Of a stretch of DNA of 55,620 nucleotides, positions 18,300-26,565 are shown piece after piece. Source of the DNA: Acidimicrobiia bacterium (lineage in GTDB: Bacteria > Actinomycetota > Acidimicrobiia > Spongiisociales > JALYHC01). Position 1 is the first letter of the stretch. Each line of letters begins with the position of its first letter. The notes beneath the pieces were generated by a model. That model saw only the letters and a list, made by a program, of their open reading frames with translations, did not search any database and had not been told where the DNA came from. The stretch lies in assembly GCA_050742155.1 (NCBI GenBank), contig JBOGFC010000186.1, forward strand, positions 1 through 55,620, written 5' to 3'. Both the position numbers and the translations under genes were made by a program.

Positions 18300-18329
18300 C
18301 GGGTGACGATCACACCGGACGGAGCACTC

Positions 18330-18620
18330 ATGACGACCATCAAGACGACCTGCGAGTTCTGCGGGGACGTGGAGCTCGTGCCCGAGGACCTCTCCTTGGA
18401 CCTGGACCCGGCCCGGGACCGAGGCAGCTATCACTTCCAATGCCCGCTCTGCGTGCGGCGGCAATTTCGACCGGCCAACTCGCGGGTGGTGAGCATCCTC
18501 CTCGCCACCGGTGTGAGCTACCGGGTGAGCGGTGACCGGCCCATCACCGAGGCCGAGATCGAGAGCTTCTCCCGGGCCCTCGACAACGATGACTGGCTGC
18601 GCCATCTGCTGACGAGCTAA
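18330..18620 (+). CDS. Hypothetical zinc-ribbon protein (CxxC...CxxC)
   Basis: Track ORF 18243..18620 trimmed to ATG 18330. The first 29 codons are rich in A/T-ending codons, unlike the coding DNA here. Reads MTTIKTTCEFCGDVELV...YHFQCPLCVRRQF. Confidence 0.6.
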   Translation: MTTIKTTCEFCGDVELVPEDLSLDLDPARDRGSYHFQCPLCVRRQFRPANSRVVSILLATGVSYRVSGDRPITEAEIESFSRALDNDDWLRHLLTS

Positions 18621-18659
18621 CGGCGGAGCGCCTTCCGCCTCCTACCATGAGCGGGTGCC

Positions 18660-18929
18660 ATGCTGAACGTCTCGCCGCTCGAGGTCATGGTGATCATGCT
18701 CCTGGCGCTGGTGCTGTTCGGCCCGCGGCGCCTGCCGGAGATCGCTCGCAAGGCGGGGGACCTGGTCCGGGAGCTTCGCCGGACCACCGACGACTTCCGT
18801 TCCGGATTGGAGCGCGAGTACCAAGAGGTCGTGAACCCGATCAAGGAGATGGGAGAGGAAGCCCGGCGGGCCATCGAGGAGGAGCCGGCTAGGGGTCCCG
18901 AGGAATCGGAGAGACCATCGCCCGAGTGA
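18660..18929 (+). CDS. tatA: Twin-arginine translocase subunit TatA/E
   Basis: 89 aa. LEVMVIMLLALVLFGPRRLPEIARKAGDLVRELRR is a TM helix plus an amphipathic helix with the FGP hinge. Confidence 0.9.
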   Translation: MLNVSPLEVMVIMLLALVLFGPRRLPEIARKAGDLVRELRRTTDDFRSGLEREYQEVVNPIKEMGEEARRAIEEEPARGPEESERPSPE

Positions 18930-19639
18930 CCAGCGATCGCTCTCCGATCATGGACCATCTCGAGGAGCTGCGCCGGCGGCTGGTCAAGTCGGCCGTGGCG
19001 GTGACGAGCGGGTCTGTGGTCGCCTTCCTGTTCCACGAGCGGCTCCTGGCCTTCCTCGTTGAGCCGTACTCGCAGGTGGTGGGAGGGGAGGGTCTGATCT
19101 TCACTCAGGTCACCGAGGCATTCTCGGTGGCCATGCGAGTCTCCCTTCTCGGGGGGGTCATCCTGTCCAGCCCGGTACTGATCTACCAGGTCTGGGCCTT
19201 CATCAGCCCGGCCCTCACTCCCCGGGAGCGCCGCTACGCCTTGCCGTTGTCGGGCATCCTGGCGGTGCTGTTTCTCTCCGGGGTGGCCTTCGCCTACTGG
19301 TCCCTGCCCCGCGCCCTCGAGTTCCTGCTCACGTTCGGCGGGGAGAGCGTCGAGGCGTTCATCACCATCAACAACTACCTCTCGTTCGCCAGCCGCTTCC
19401 TGCTGGTGTTCGGCCTCAGCTTCGAGTTCCCGGTCTTCATCTTCGCGGCCGCCCTGGCCGGCATGGTCGACTCGGCGCAGCTGGCCCGCGGGCGACGGTG
19501 GGCGGTCCTCTTGATCGTGATCATCGGAGCGGTGATCACCCCGAGCGGCGATCCCCTCACGCTCATGGTGCTCTCGATCCCCCTCTACCTGCTCTACGAG
19601 GCCACCATCTGGGCGGTCCGCCTGGTGCTCCGCCGATGA
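18926..19639 (+). CDS. tatC: Twin-arginine translocase subunit TatC
   Basis: 237 aa. MDHLEELRRRLVKSAVAV followed by six hydrophobic helices. Confidence 0.92.
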   Translation: MTSDRSPIMDHLEELRRRLVKSAVAVTSGSVVAFLFHERLLAFLVEPYSQVVGGEGLIFTQVTEAFSVAMRVSLLGGVILSSPVLIYQVWAFISPALTPRERRYALPLSGILAVLFLSGVAFAYWSLPRALEFLLTFGGESVEAFITINNYLSFASRFLLVFGLSFEFPVFIFAAALAGMVDSAQLARGRRWAVLLIVIIGAVITPSGDPLTLMVLSIPLYLLYEATIWAVRLVLRR

Positions 19640-22179
19640 CGCTGGAGAGGTTCTTCTCCCACCTGCCCTTCCCCCCGGACGAGTTTCAGCTCGAGGCGGC
19701 CCGGGCCATCGAGGCGGGAGAGTCGGTGGTGGTGACGGCTCCCACCGGGGCGGGCAAGACGCTGGTGGCGGAGGTGGCCACCCATCTGGCCCTCGAGCGG
19801 GGTCGCCGCGCCTATTACACGACCCCCCTGAAGGCGCTCTCCAACCAGAAGTACGGGGATTTCGTGGCCCACTATGGGGCGGCGAGGGTGGGCCTCCTCA
19901 CCGGGGACAACGTCATCAACGGCGACGCCGAGGTGGTGGTGATGACCACCGAGGTGCTGCGCAACATGATCTACGCCCGGGACCGGTCGATCGGAGACCT
20001 GGGCGTGGTGGTGCTCGACGAGGTCCACTATCTGCAGGATCCCTTCCGGGGAGCCGTATGGGAGGAGATCATCATCCACCTGCCGCGGTCGGTGCAGTTG
20101 CTGGCTCTGTCGGCCACCGTGTCGAACGCGACCGAGTTCAGCGACTGGGTGCGCTCCCGGCGGGGCCTCACCCGGCTGGTCCTCGAGCGCCACCGGCCGG
20201 TCCCCCTCGAGAGCTCGTACATGGTCAAGGACCGTCACGGAGAGCGCCGTGCGCTGCTGTTCCCCACGTTCGTCGACCACCAGGGCCGGCGGGAGCCGAA
20301 CCCGGCGGTGGAACGCCTGCTCAGCCGCCGGCGGCACCGGCGCTTCGCCACCCCGAGGCGCAGTGAGGTGGTCGAGCTCCTCGAGCGAGGGGGGATGCTG
20401 CCGGCCATCTACTTCCTCTTCAGCCGGGCCGGATGCGAAGCGGCCGCCCAGCAGCTCATGGCCGACGGGGTCCGGCTCACCACCGCGGCCGAGCGGGAGC
20501 GAATCCGGCAGTACGCCGAGCTGCGCACCAGGCACCTGGACCCGGCCGACCTGGAGGTGCTCGGGTACGGACGGTGGGTGAGCCAGCTGGAGGACGGAGT
20601 GGCTCCTCACCATGCCGGCATGGTGCCGGCCTTCAAGGAGACGGTGGAGGAGCTGTTCTCGCGGGGGCTGGTGAAGCTGGTCTTCGCCACCGAGACGCTC
20701 GCCCTGGGGATCAACATGCCGGCCCGCTCGGTGGTGTTGGAGAGCCTCACCAAGTTCACCGGGGAGAGCCATGAGCTGCTCCAGCCGGGCGACTACACGC
20801 AGCTCACCGGCCGGGCGGGCCGGCGAGGGATCGACAAGCTGGGCTACGGGGTGGTCCTCTACTCGCCGTACCTGCCGTTCGACCGGGTGGCGGACATCGC
20901 CGCGGCCGGCAGCCATCCGCTCCGCTCCGGCTTCCGACCCACGTACAACATGGCGGTCAACCTGGTGGCCAATTACCCGCGCCCGGAGGCCGAGGAGCTG
21001 CTCAACGCGTCGTTCGCCCAGTTCCAGCGAGAGGCCGGGATGGGTCGGTTGCGCCGGTCCATCGAGCGGAACCAGGAGGCTCTGGCCGGGTACAGCAGGG
21101 CGGCCCAGTGCGAGCTGGGCGACATTTGGGAGTATCTGGCCGCCTCCGAGCCGGGTCGCCGGATGCCCTCCCACCGCCGGTTGATGCAGGAGTTCGCCCG
21201 CCACACCCAAGCGGGCGACGTGCTGGAGGTGCCGGCCGGACGCCGGAGCGGCCGCTACGTGATGCTGGCGCGGGGCCGAACCGCCGAGCCTCGCCTGCTG
21301 CTGCTGGGAAGCGAGGGGGACCTGGCCCGGGTCCGCCTCGACGAGCTGCCTCTGGGAACCGCCAAGATGGGAAGCATCGCTCTTCCCAGCCCCTTCGAGC
21401 CGGCCGCCCCGCGGTTTCGAGAATCGGTAGCTTCTCTGCTCCGGGAGTACCGGGCCGGAGAGCCGGAGTTGGTGGCGGGCGAGGAAGGCGCCCCGGCGCC
21501 CCACCCCGTCGCCCTCTGCCCGGAGCTGGCCGATCACCTGCGCTGGGCGCGACGGGCGCAGCGTATGGTCAAGGAAGTTGAACGATTGCGGGAACGCCTG
21601 GATCGGTCGGCCGAAGGCCTGGTCGCCGAGTTCAGGTCCATCCTGGAGCTGCTGGAGGCCTGGGGCTACACCTCCGGCTGGACGCTCACCCGGCGCGGGG
21701 AGAACCTGCGCTTCATCTACAACGAGCTGGACCTGTTGTTGGCCGAGGCCGTACACGCAGACCTGCTGGCCGGGCTGAGCGCGCCCGAGCTGGCGGCCTT
21801 GGCCTCGGCGTTCGTGTACGAGCCGCGCTCGGGCGGGGAGCTCGGCGGCTGGCCGACGCCCACCTTGGAGGAGCGGGGGGGCGAGTTGGAGTCGATCTGG
21901 CGACGCCTTCAGCGGGCCGAGGCGGATCGATTGATCCCGGAGACCCGCCCGCCGGAGCCTGGGTTCGCCGGTCTGGCCTACCGCTGGGCGTCCGGAGAGG
22001 AGCTCGATGGGTTGCTGGGAGACGACGAGCTGGCGGCCGGCGACTTCGTGCGCAACTGCCGGCAGCTCCTCGACTTGCTCCGCCAGCTCCGGGACACGTT
22101 TCCCGATCTGGCGGCCACCGCCGACGCGTCCGCCAAGGCCGTCGACCGGGGGGTGGTGGCGGCCGGAGGGATCATTTGA
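19636..22179 (+). CDS. helY: Ski2-like DEAD/DEAH-box RNA helicase HelY
   Basis: Track ORF 19498..22179 trimmed to ATG 19636 (residue 47), giving an ATGA overlap with tatC. Motifs APTGAGKT, VLDEVHYL and LSATV. Lies after tatC, as in mycobacteria. Confidence 0.9.
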   Translation: MTLERFFSHLPFPPDEFQLEAARAIEAGESVVVTAPTGAGKTLVAEVATHLALERGRRAYYTTPLKALSNQKYGDFVAHYGAARVGLLTGDNVINGDAEVVVMTTEVLRNMIYARDRSIGDLGVVVLDEVHYLQDPFRGAVWEEIIIHLPRSVQLLALSATVSNATEFSDWVRSRRGLTRLVLERHRPVPLESSYMVKDRHGERRALLFPTFVDHQGRREPNPAVERLLSRRRHRRFATPRRSEVVELLERGGMLPAIYFLFSRAGCEAAAQQLMADGVRLTTAAERERIRQYAELRTRHLDPADLEVLGYGRWVSQLEDGVAPHHAGMVPAFKETVEELFSRGLVKLVFATETLALGINMPARSVVLESLTKFTGESHELLQPGDYTQLTGRAGRRGIDKLGYGVVLYSPYLPFDRVADIAAAGSHPLRSGFRPTYNMAVNLVANYPRPEAEELLNASFAQFQREAGMGRLRRSIERNQEALAGYSRAAQCELGDIWEYLAASEPGRRMPSHRRLMQEFARHTQAGDVLEVPAGRRSGRYVMLARGRTAEPRLLLLGSEGDLARVRLDELPLGTAKMGSIALPSPFEPAAPRFRESVASLLREYRAGEPELVAGEEGAPAPHPVALCPELADHLRWARRAQRMVKEVERLRERLDRSAEGLVAEFRSILELLEAWGYTSGWTLTRRGENLRFIYNELDLLLAEAVHADLLAGLSAPELAALASAFVYEPRSGGELGGWPTPTLEERGGELESIWRRLQRAEADRLIPETRPPEPGFAGLAYRWASGEELDGLLGDDELAAGDFVRNCRQLLDLLRQLRDTFPDLAATADASAKAVDRGVVAAGGII

Positions 22180-22215
22180 AACCTTCAGTCCCCGATGGAT
22201 TCCCCCCCTCCCGGG

Positions 22216-22236
22216 CTCTCCCCCACAGGGGGAGGG
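22216..22236. repeat. Solitary GC hairpin of the CCCTCCCC/GGGGAGGG family
   Basis: CTCTCCCCC-ACA-GGGGGAGGG gives a 9-bp stem with one G-U pair. It lies between the helY stop and the likely lipid kinase start. Confidence 0.7.
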
Positions 22237-22253
22237 AGGAAGCCTGGTGGGCG

Positions 22254-23120
22254 GTGGTCAACCCATGGGCGGGGCGGCGGCGGGAAGTCGCCGAGCGAGC
22301 TCGTCGAGCCCTGCAGGATCAAGCAGTGGAGGCGGATCTGGTCATCCCCGAGGGCCCCGCCGAGGTGGCGACCGGCGTTCGAGCCGGCATCGAGGCTGGA
22401 CGACGGCGCTTCATGGCGGTGGGGGGCGATGGCACCGTGAATCTTGTGGTCGATGCGCTCTTGCGCCACCCCTGGCCCGAGCCGCCCGTGCTGGCCATCT
22501 TGCCGGCCGGGTCCGGCAGCGACTTGTTGCGCACCTTCGCCATTCCCCAGCAGATGGAGCGGGCGGCCGTTCACCTGAGAGGTGAGCAGACCTATCTGGC
22601 AGACGTCGGCGTCCTGGAAGGCGCTTGGGGCCGCCGTCACTTCCTCAACGTGGCTCAGGCCGGTATCGGGGCGGCGACGGTCGAGACCGCCGAGCGCCTG
22701 CCCAGGCGGCTGGGGGCGCGCCGCTACCTGCTGTCGTTCTGGATGACCCTGCCAGGATTCCGCCGCACGGAGATAGAGCTCCAGGCGGGAGCGCGGGCCT
22801 ACCGGGGCGCGGCCACCAACGTGGTACTTGCCAATGCCCAGTACTTCGGGGGAGGAATGAACATCGCCCCGCGCGCCAACCTGGTGGACGGCCGGTTGGA
22901 CATCCAGATCTTCACCGGGCCGAAGCGAGAAGCGGTCACTCTCATTCCCCGCATCCGGCGGGGCCTCCATCTGACTCATCCCTCGGTGCGCCGGCTCTCG
23001 GCAGAGGAGTTCACTCTCCGCAGCGACCGTCCCTGGCCGGTGGAGGCCGACGGGGAGCCGGTCGGCGAGACCCCACTGTCGGGCCGGGTCCTCGCCGGGG
23101 CGATCCGCCTCAAGATCTGA
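22254..23120 (+). CDS. Diacylglycerol kinase family lipid kinase
   Basis: Track ORF 22176..23120. The likely start is GTG 22254 (VVNPWAGRRR), preceded by GGAGGGAGGA. GGDGT motif in MAVGGDGTVN. Confidence 0.85.
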   Translation: MVNPWAGRRREVAERARRALQDQAVEADLVIPEGPAEVATGVRAGIEAGRRRFMAVGGDGTVNLVVDALLRHPWPEPPVLAILPAGSGSDLLRTFAIPQQMERAAVHLRGEQTYLADVGVLEGAWGRRHFLNVAQAGIGAATVETAERLPRRLGARRYLLSFWMTLPGFRRTEIELQAGARAYRGAATNVVLANAQYFGGGMNIAPRANLVDGRLDIQIFTGPKREAVTLIPRIRRGLHLTHPSVRRLSAEEFTLRSDRPWPVEADGEPVGETPLSGRVLAGAIRLKI

Positions 23121-23293
23121 GCGCCTGCTACGTTGGCCGGGGCCCGGGAGGTGTCCCTGGTCCGAAGGCGGCGCTCCAATAGCTCTCCGACCGGGAGTGG
23201 GGGGCAGCGACCGAGTGGCGTCGAGGGGTGAGGGAATAAAGGGACGCCCCCGGGCACTATATACTCCCCGCCGCCTGCACCCAGGATCACCGC

Positions 23294-23785
23294 ATGACCA
23301 GCCATGGAGAGGACACCCCAGAGGCAGAAGAGCACCTCAACGAGGAGACCGAAGAGGAGCTCGAGCCTGACTTCGAGGAGGACTTCGACGAGGAGGCCCT
23401 GGCCCTCGACGAGGAGGACTTGACGCTCGTGGAGGGCGAGGCTTTGGAGGAGCAGGAAGAGGAGCAGGAAGAGGAGCAGGAAGAGGAGCAGGAAGAGGAG
23501 CAGGAAGAGGAGCAGGAGGAAGAGGAGGAAGAGCCCGAGGAAGCCCTCGACGAGCTCGAGGCCGAGGAGCTCGACATGCTCACCGAGGATGAGGAGGTCG
23601 AGGTTCTTCTCGTCGACGAGGCCGCCGAGCTACGAGCGCTGCGCCGCGAGGAGATGTTGAGCCTGGACGTGGAGGCTGAGGAGATCCGCCGCAACGAGTT
23701 CGTCTGCTCGTCGTGCTTCCTGGTGAAGCGCACCAGCCAGCTTGCCAACCGCAAGAGGATGATCTGTCGCGATTGCGCCGCCTGA
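23294..23785 (+). CDS. DUF4193-like protein: highly acidic N-region and Cys-rich C-terminus
   Basis: 163 aa. The Glu/Asp-rich N-half includes EEQEEEQEEEQ repeats. The C-terminus EFVCSSCFLVKRTSQLANRKRMICRDCAA fits DUF4193, from memory. Confidence 0.75.
   Translation: MTSHGEDTPEAEEHLNEETEEELEPDFEEDFDEEALALDEEDLTLVEGEALEEQEEEQEEEQEEEQEEEQEEEQEEEEEEPEEALDELEAEELDMLTEDEEVEVLLVDEAAELRALRREEMLSLDVEAEEIRRNEFVCSSCFLVKRTSQLANRKRMICRDCAA
23447..23518 (+). repeat. Perfect 12-bp tandem repeat (GAGGAGCAGGAA x5 plus one imperfect unit) inside the DUF4193 gene
   Basis: Units start at 23447, 23459, 23471, 23483 and 23495. The sixth unit, at 23507, has one change. Confidence 0.9.
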
Positions 23786-24512
23786 CGTCGTAGCGGTCGT
23801 CCCGACCTACAACGAGGCCGCGAACCTGCCGCGGTTGATTCCGACCCTGCTCTCCCACGGCTATCGGGTGCTGGTGGTGGACGACAACTCTCCAGATGGG
23901 ACGGGGCGCATCGCCCAGCAGCTGGCCGCGAACGAGCCGCGGGTGACGGTGCTCCACCGCCGGCGCAAGGAAGGGATCGGCCCAGCCTATGCGGAGGGCT
24001 TCGCCCGCGCCCTGACGATGGGGGCGATGGTGGTGGGCGAGATGGACGCCGACTTCTCGCACGATCCGGCCGACCTGCCCCGCCTGGTGGAGGCGCTCGA
24101 GGCGGGCGCCGACGTGGCGCTGGGGAGCCGTTACGTGCCGGGGGGTGCCACCCCCGACTGGCCCTGGCCGAGGCGGCTGCTCTCTCAGGCGGGCAATGTC
24201 TATGCCCGAACCGTGCTGGGCTTGCCGGTACGGGATGTCACCGGAGGATTCCGGGCCTTCCGAGCCTCGGCCCTGCGACGCCTGGATCCGGCCGGCTGCG
24301 GGGCCTCCGGGTATGCCTTTCAGGTGGAGATGGTGTGGCGGGCCGTCCGGCAGGGGTTGGAGGTGGTGGAGATCCCCATCGTCTTCCGGGACCGGGAGCT
24401 GGGGGCCTCCAAGATGCATGGCGGGGTGGTGCTGGAGGCGATCAGGCTGGTCAGCAAGGCGGGCTTGCGTCGATGGCTACCCTGGATGTCCGAGGAGGAT
24501 CGATGGAGCTGA
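23772..24512 (+). CDS. ppm1: Polyprenol-phosphate mannosyltransferase (GT2, Ppm1/DPM1-like); start codon uncertain
   Basis: The track ORF starts at TTG 23835, but the in-frame upstream sequence encodes the conserved GT2 first strand VAVVPTYNEAANL. The only start-like codon before that motif and after the in-frame TGA (23760) is ATT 23772. Also has VLVVDDNSPDGT and the DxD-like EMDADFSHDP. Confidence 0.8.
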   Translation: MAPPDVVAVVPTYNEAANLPRLIPTLLSHGYRVLVVDDNSPDGTGRIAQQLAANEPRVTVLHRRRKEGIGPAYAEGFARALTMGAMVVGEMDADFSHDPADLPRLVEALEAGADVALGSRYVPGGATPDWPWPRRLLSQAGNVYARTVLGLPVRDVTGGFRAFRASALRRLDPAGCGASGYAFQVEMVWRAVRQGLEVVEIPIVFRDRELGASKMHGGVVLEAIRLVSKAGLRRWLPWMSEEDRWS

Positions 24513-24991
24513 CCGCCCGGCCGGCCACCGAGGCCGACCTCGACGAGCTGGTGCGCCTCTACCGGCGGCTGGAAGAGGAGATGGTGGCCCTGAAGGAGGT
24601 CTGGGCGGTGGCCGACGGCCTGCCCGAGCCTCTTGAGGCGGCCTTCAAGGATGCCTTGTCCGATCCCGAGGCGCTCGTCTACCTGGGAGAGGTGGAGTCG
24701 GTGCCGGTCGGCTTCGTCCTCGTCCGCTCGGAGGCCCTCCTGCCCCAGGCCGGCGGGGAGCGGGTCGGGGCGGTGCGTCTCATCTTCACCGAGCCGGAGG
24801 CCCGCGGGGTGGGGGCTGGGGAGATGATGCTGGAGACGGTTCTCGGGGAGCTACGGAGGAAGGGGATGCGGCGCTTCGACGCCTATGTCCCCCCCGGGCA
24901 TCGGGATGCCAAGAACTTCTTCGAGGCGGCCGGCTTCTCGGCCCGATCGATCACCATGCACCACGAGGACGCGGGCGCAGAGAAGCGGTGA
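24503..24991 (+). CDS. GNAT family N-acetyltransferase
   Basis: Track ORF 24335..24991 trimmed to ATG 24503 (residue 57). Acetyl-CoA motif region FTEPEARGVGAGEMMLETVLGELRRKG. Confidence 0.8.
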   Translation: MELTARPATEADLDELVRLYRRLEEEMVALKEVWAVADGLPEPLEAAFKDALSDPEALVYLGEVESVPVGFVLVRSEALLPQAGGERVGAVRLIFTEPEARGVGAGEMMLETVLGELRRKGMRRFDAYVPPGHRDAKNFFEAAGFSARSITMHHEDAGAEKR

Positions 24992-25392
24992 GGACTCCTC
25001 CCAGCCCGTTGGTGGGGGTGGGGGCACTGATCGTGGAGCGGAACCACCTGCTGATGGTCAAGAGGGGCCAGGGTGCCAACGCCGGGCTCTGGTCGGTTCC
25101 CGGTGGGAAGGTCGCCTACGGTGAGTCGCTACGGGACGCTCTGACGCGGGAGGTCAGGGAAGAGACCTCCCTGGAGGTGGAGGTGGGCGAACCGGTCTGG
25201 ACCGGGGAGACTATCGGTCCCGGGACCCCGCCCGAGTGGCACTTCGTCCTGATCGACTTCGAGGCTCGGGTGCTGGGCGGAGAGCTCGAGGCCGGTGATG
25301 ACGCCGAGGCGGCCGAGTGGGTGCCACTGGCCGAGGTCAGCGCCCGCCGGATCACCCCGAGCTTGACAGAGGTGCTGGAGAGGCTGCGGTGA
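24988..25392 (+). CDS. NUDIX hydrolase
   Basis: 134 aa with a GTGA overlap. Nudix box GGKVAYGESLRDALTREVREETSL. Confidence 0.88.
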   Translation: MRTPPSPLVGVGALIVERNHLLMVKRGQGANAGLWSVPGGKVAYGESLRDALTREVREETSLEVEVGEPVWTGETIGPGTPPEWHFVLIDFEARVLGGELEAGDDAEAAEWVPLAEVSARRITPSLTEVLERLR

Positions 25393-25407
25393 CCTCAGAG
25401 TGAATCC

Positions 25408-26565
25408 CTAGCCCAGCAGCCGCATGACCAGCCCGGCCCGGGGCTTGGGGTAGAAGAAGGTCGACTTCTGGGGAAAGCGCAGGCCCTCTTCGATGGCTTG
25501 CGAGATCGCCCGTGCGGGGATGGGGGAGGTGAGGACGGCCAGGCCTCCCGGCGCGGAGCTTTCCACGGCGCTCCGGGGGTCGGGCACATAGGAGGCCTGA
25601 GACTCGTCGAGCCCCATCAGGGGGTAGAGCAGCTCCCGGGCGACCGCCGATCCGGCTTGACGCCAGGGACGGGGCAGCTCCTCGAGGGCGTCCGGAGTTG
25701 GCCGGAGGAGAAGCGCGCCATCTCGGCTCACCAGGACCACGTGGCCTGGTTCCTCCGGCGGTTCGGGCCGGTGTCTCGAGACCACAAAGGCCTTCTCGAG
25801 GATCGCCCGGTCGACCTGGCCCCGCTCGAACACCCGGTGGATCGCTCCCACCGAGAGGCCGCCGCGGCGGGCCGGGCTGACGAAGGTCAAGATGGCAGAC
25901 CAAGGACCGGTCCCGTCCTCCGCCTCTCGCTCGCGTCGGTAGCGGAGCGCCGTCGCATAACGGTGGTGACCGTCGGCGATGGCCAGGGGGCGACTGGACA
26001 CCGCCTCGGCCAGCGTGGTCGACACGGCCCGCCCCAGGTCGTACAGGCGGTGGTGCACCCCTTCCGCCCGGAAGGCGATCCGAGGCGGGCCCTCCGGCTC
26101 GAGTAGAGGCTCCAACCCCTCGACGGGCGTGAGCGCCACGATCGGGTCGAGATTGGCTCTGGTGGCACGCAGCACCGACAGTCGGTCGGCTCGAGCGTGC
26201 TCCATGGTCTCCTCATGCGCCAGCACCCGCCGGCCGGGCTCCTCGAGCTGCAAGGCTCCGATGACTCCTTGGGCCTGGCGGGCTCGACTGGCGCCATCCC
26301 GGTACCCCATGCGGTACAGGTAGAAGCGGGGCTCGGGGTCCTCTGCCACGACCCCCTCGGCCAGCCAACCGCGCAAGAGGTCGCCGGCCTCCTGGTAGCT
26401 TGCCTCGCGGCCGGGGAGCAGCAGCCGCACGACGTTGTATGGAGATGACGCCAGATACCGCCGGCGGGCCTCGTCGTCGATCACGTCGTATGGGGGGCAG
26501 GTGGCTTCCCCACTCGAGCCGGCCAGGCTGGGGTGGAAGAAGAGGCCTCGGAACGGGGAGAACAT
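25408..26565 (-). CDS. DUF1015 domain-containing protein
   Basis: Track ORF 25408..26601. The preferred start is Met13 (26565): MFSPFRGLFF...CPPYDVIDDEARRRYLASSPYNVVRLLLP matches the DUF1015 N-terminus. Confidence 0.8.
   Translation of the reverse strand: MFSPFRGLFFHPSLAGSSGEATCPPYDVIDDEARRRYLASSPYNVVRLLLPGREASYQEAGDLLRGWLAEGVVAEDPEPRFYLYRMGYRDGASRARQAQGVIGALQLEEPGRRVLAHEETMEHARADRLSVLRATRANLDPIVALTPVEGLEPLLEPEGPPRIAFRAEGVHHRLYDLGRAVSTTLAEAVSSRPLAIADGHHRYATALRYRREREAEDGTGPWSAILTFVSPARRGGLSVGAIHRVFERGQVDRAILEKAFVVSRHRPEPPEEPGHVVLVSRDGALLLRPTPDALEELPRPWRQAGSAVARELLYPLMGLDESQASYVPDPRSAVESSAPGGLAVLTSPIPARAISQAIEEGLRFPQKSTFFYPKPRAGLVMRLLG

Noticed and set aside
18243-18329. GTG 18243 (GTGA overlap with the pafC stop) as the start of the zinc-ribbon ORF
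   Set aside because: The first 29 codons are rich in A/T-ending codons (GCT, ATT, TTA, GTA, CTT, GAT, ACA, GGA, GCA), unlike coding DNA in this window. ATG 18330, preceded by GGAG, is preferred. The longer form is not excluded.
19594-21756. 720-aa minus-strand ORF
   Set aside because: It is antisense to the helY helicase, and its translation is low-complexity with no motifs.
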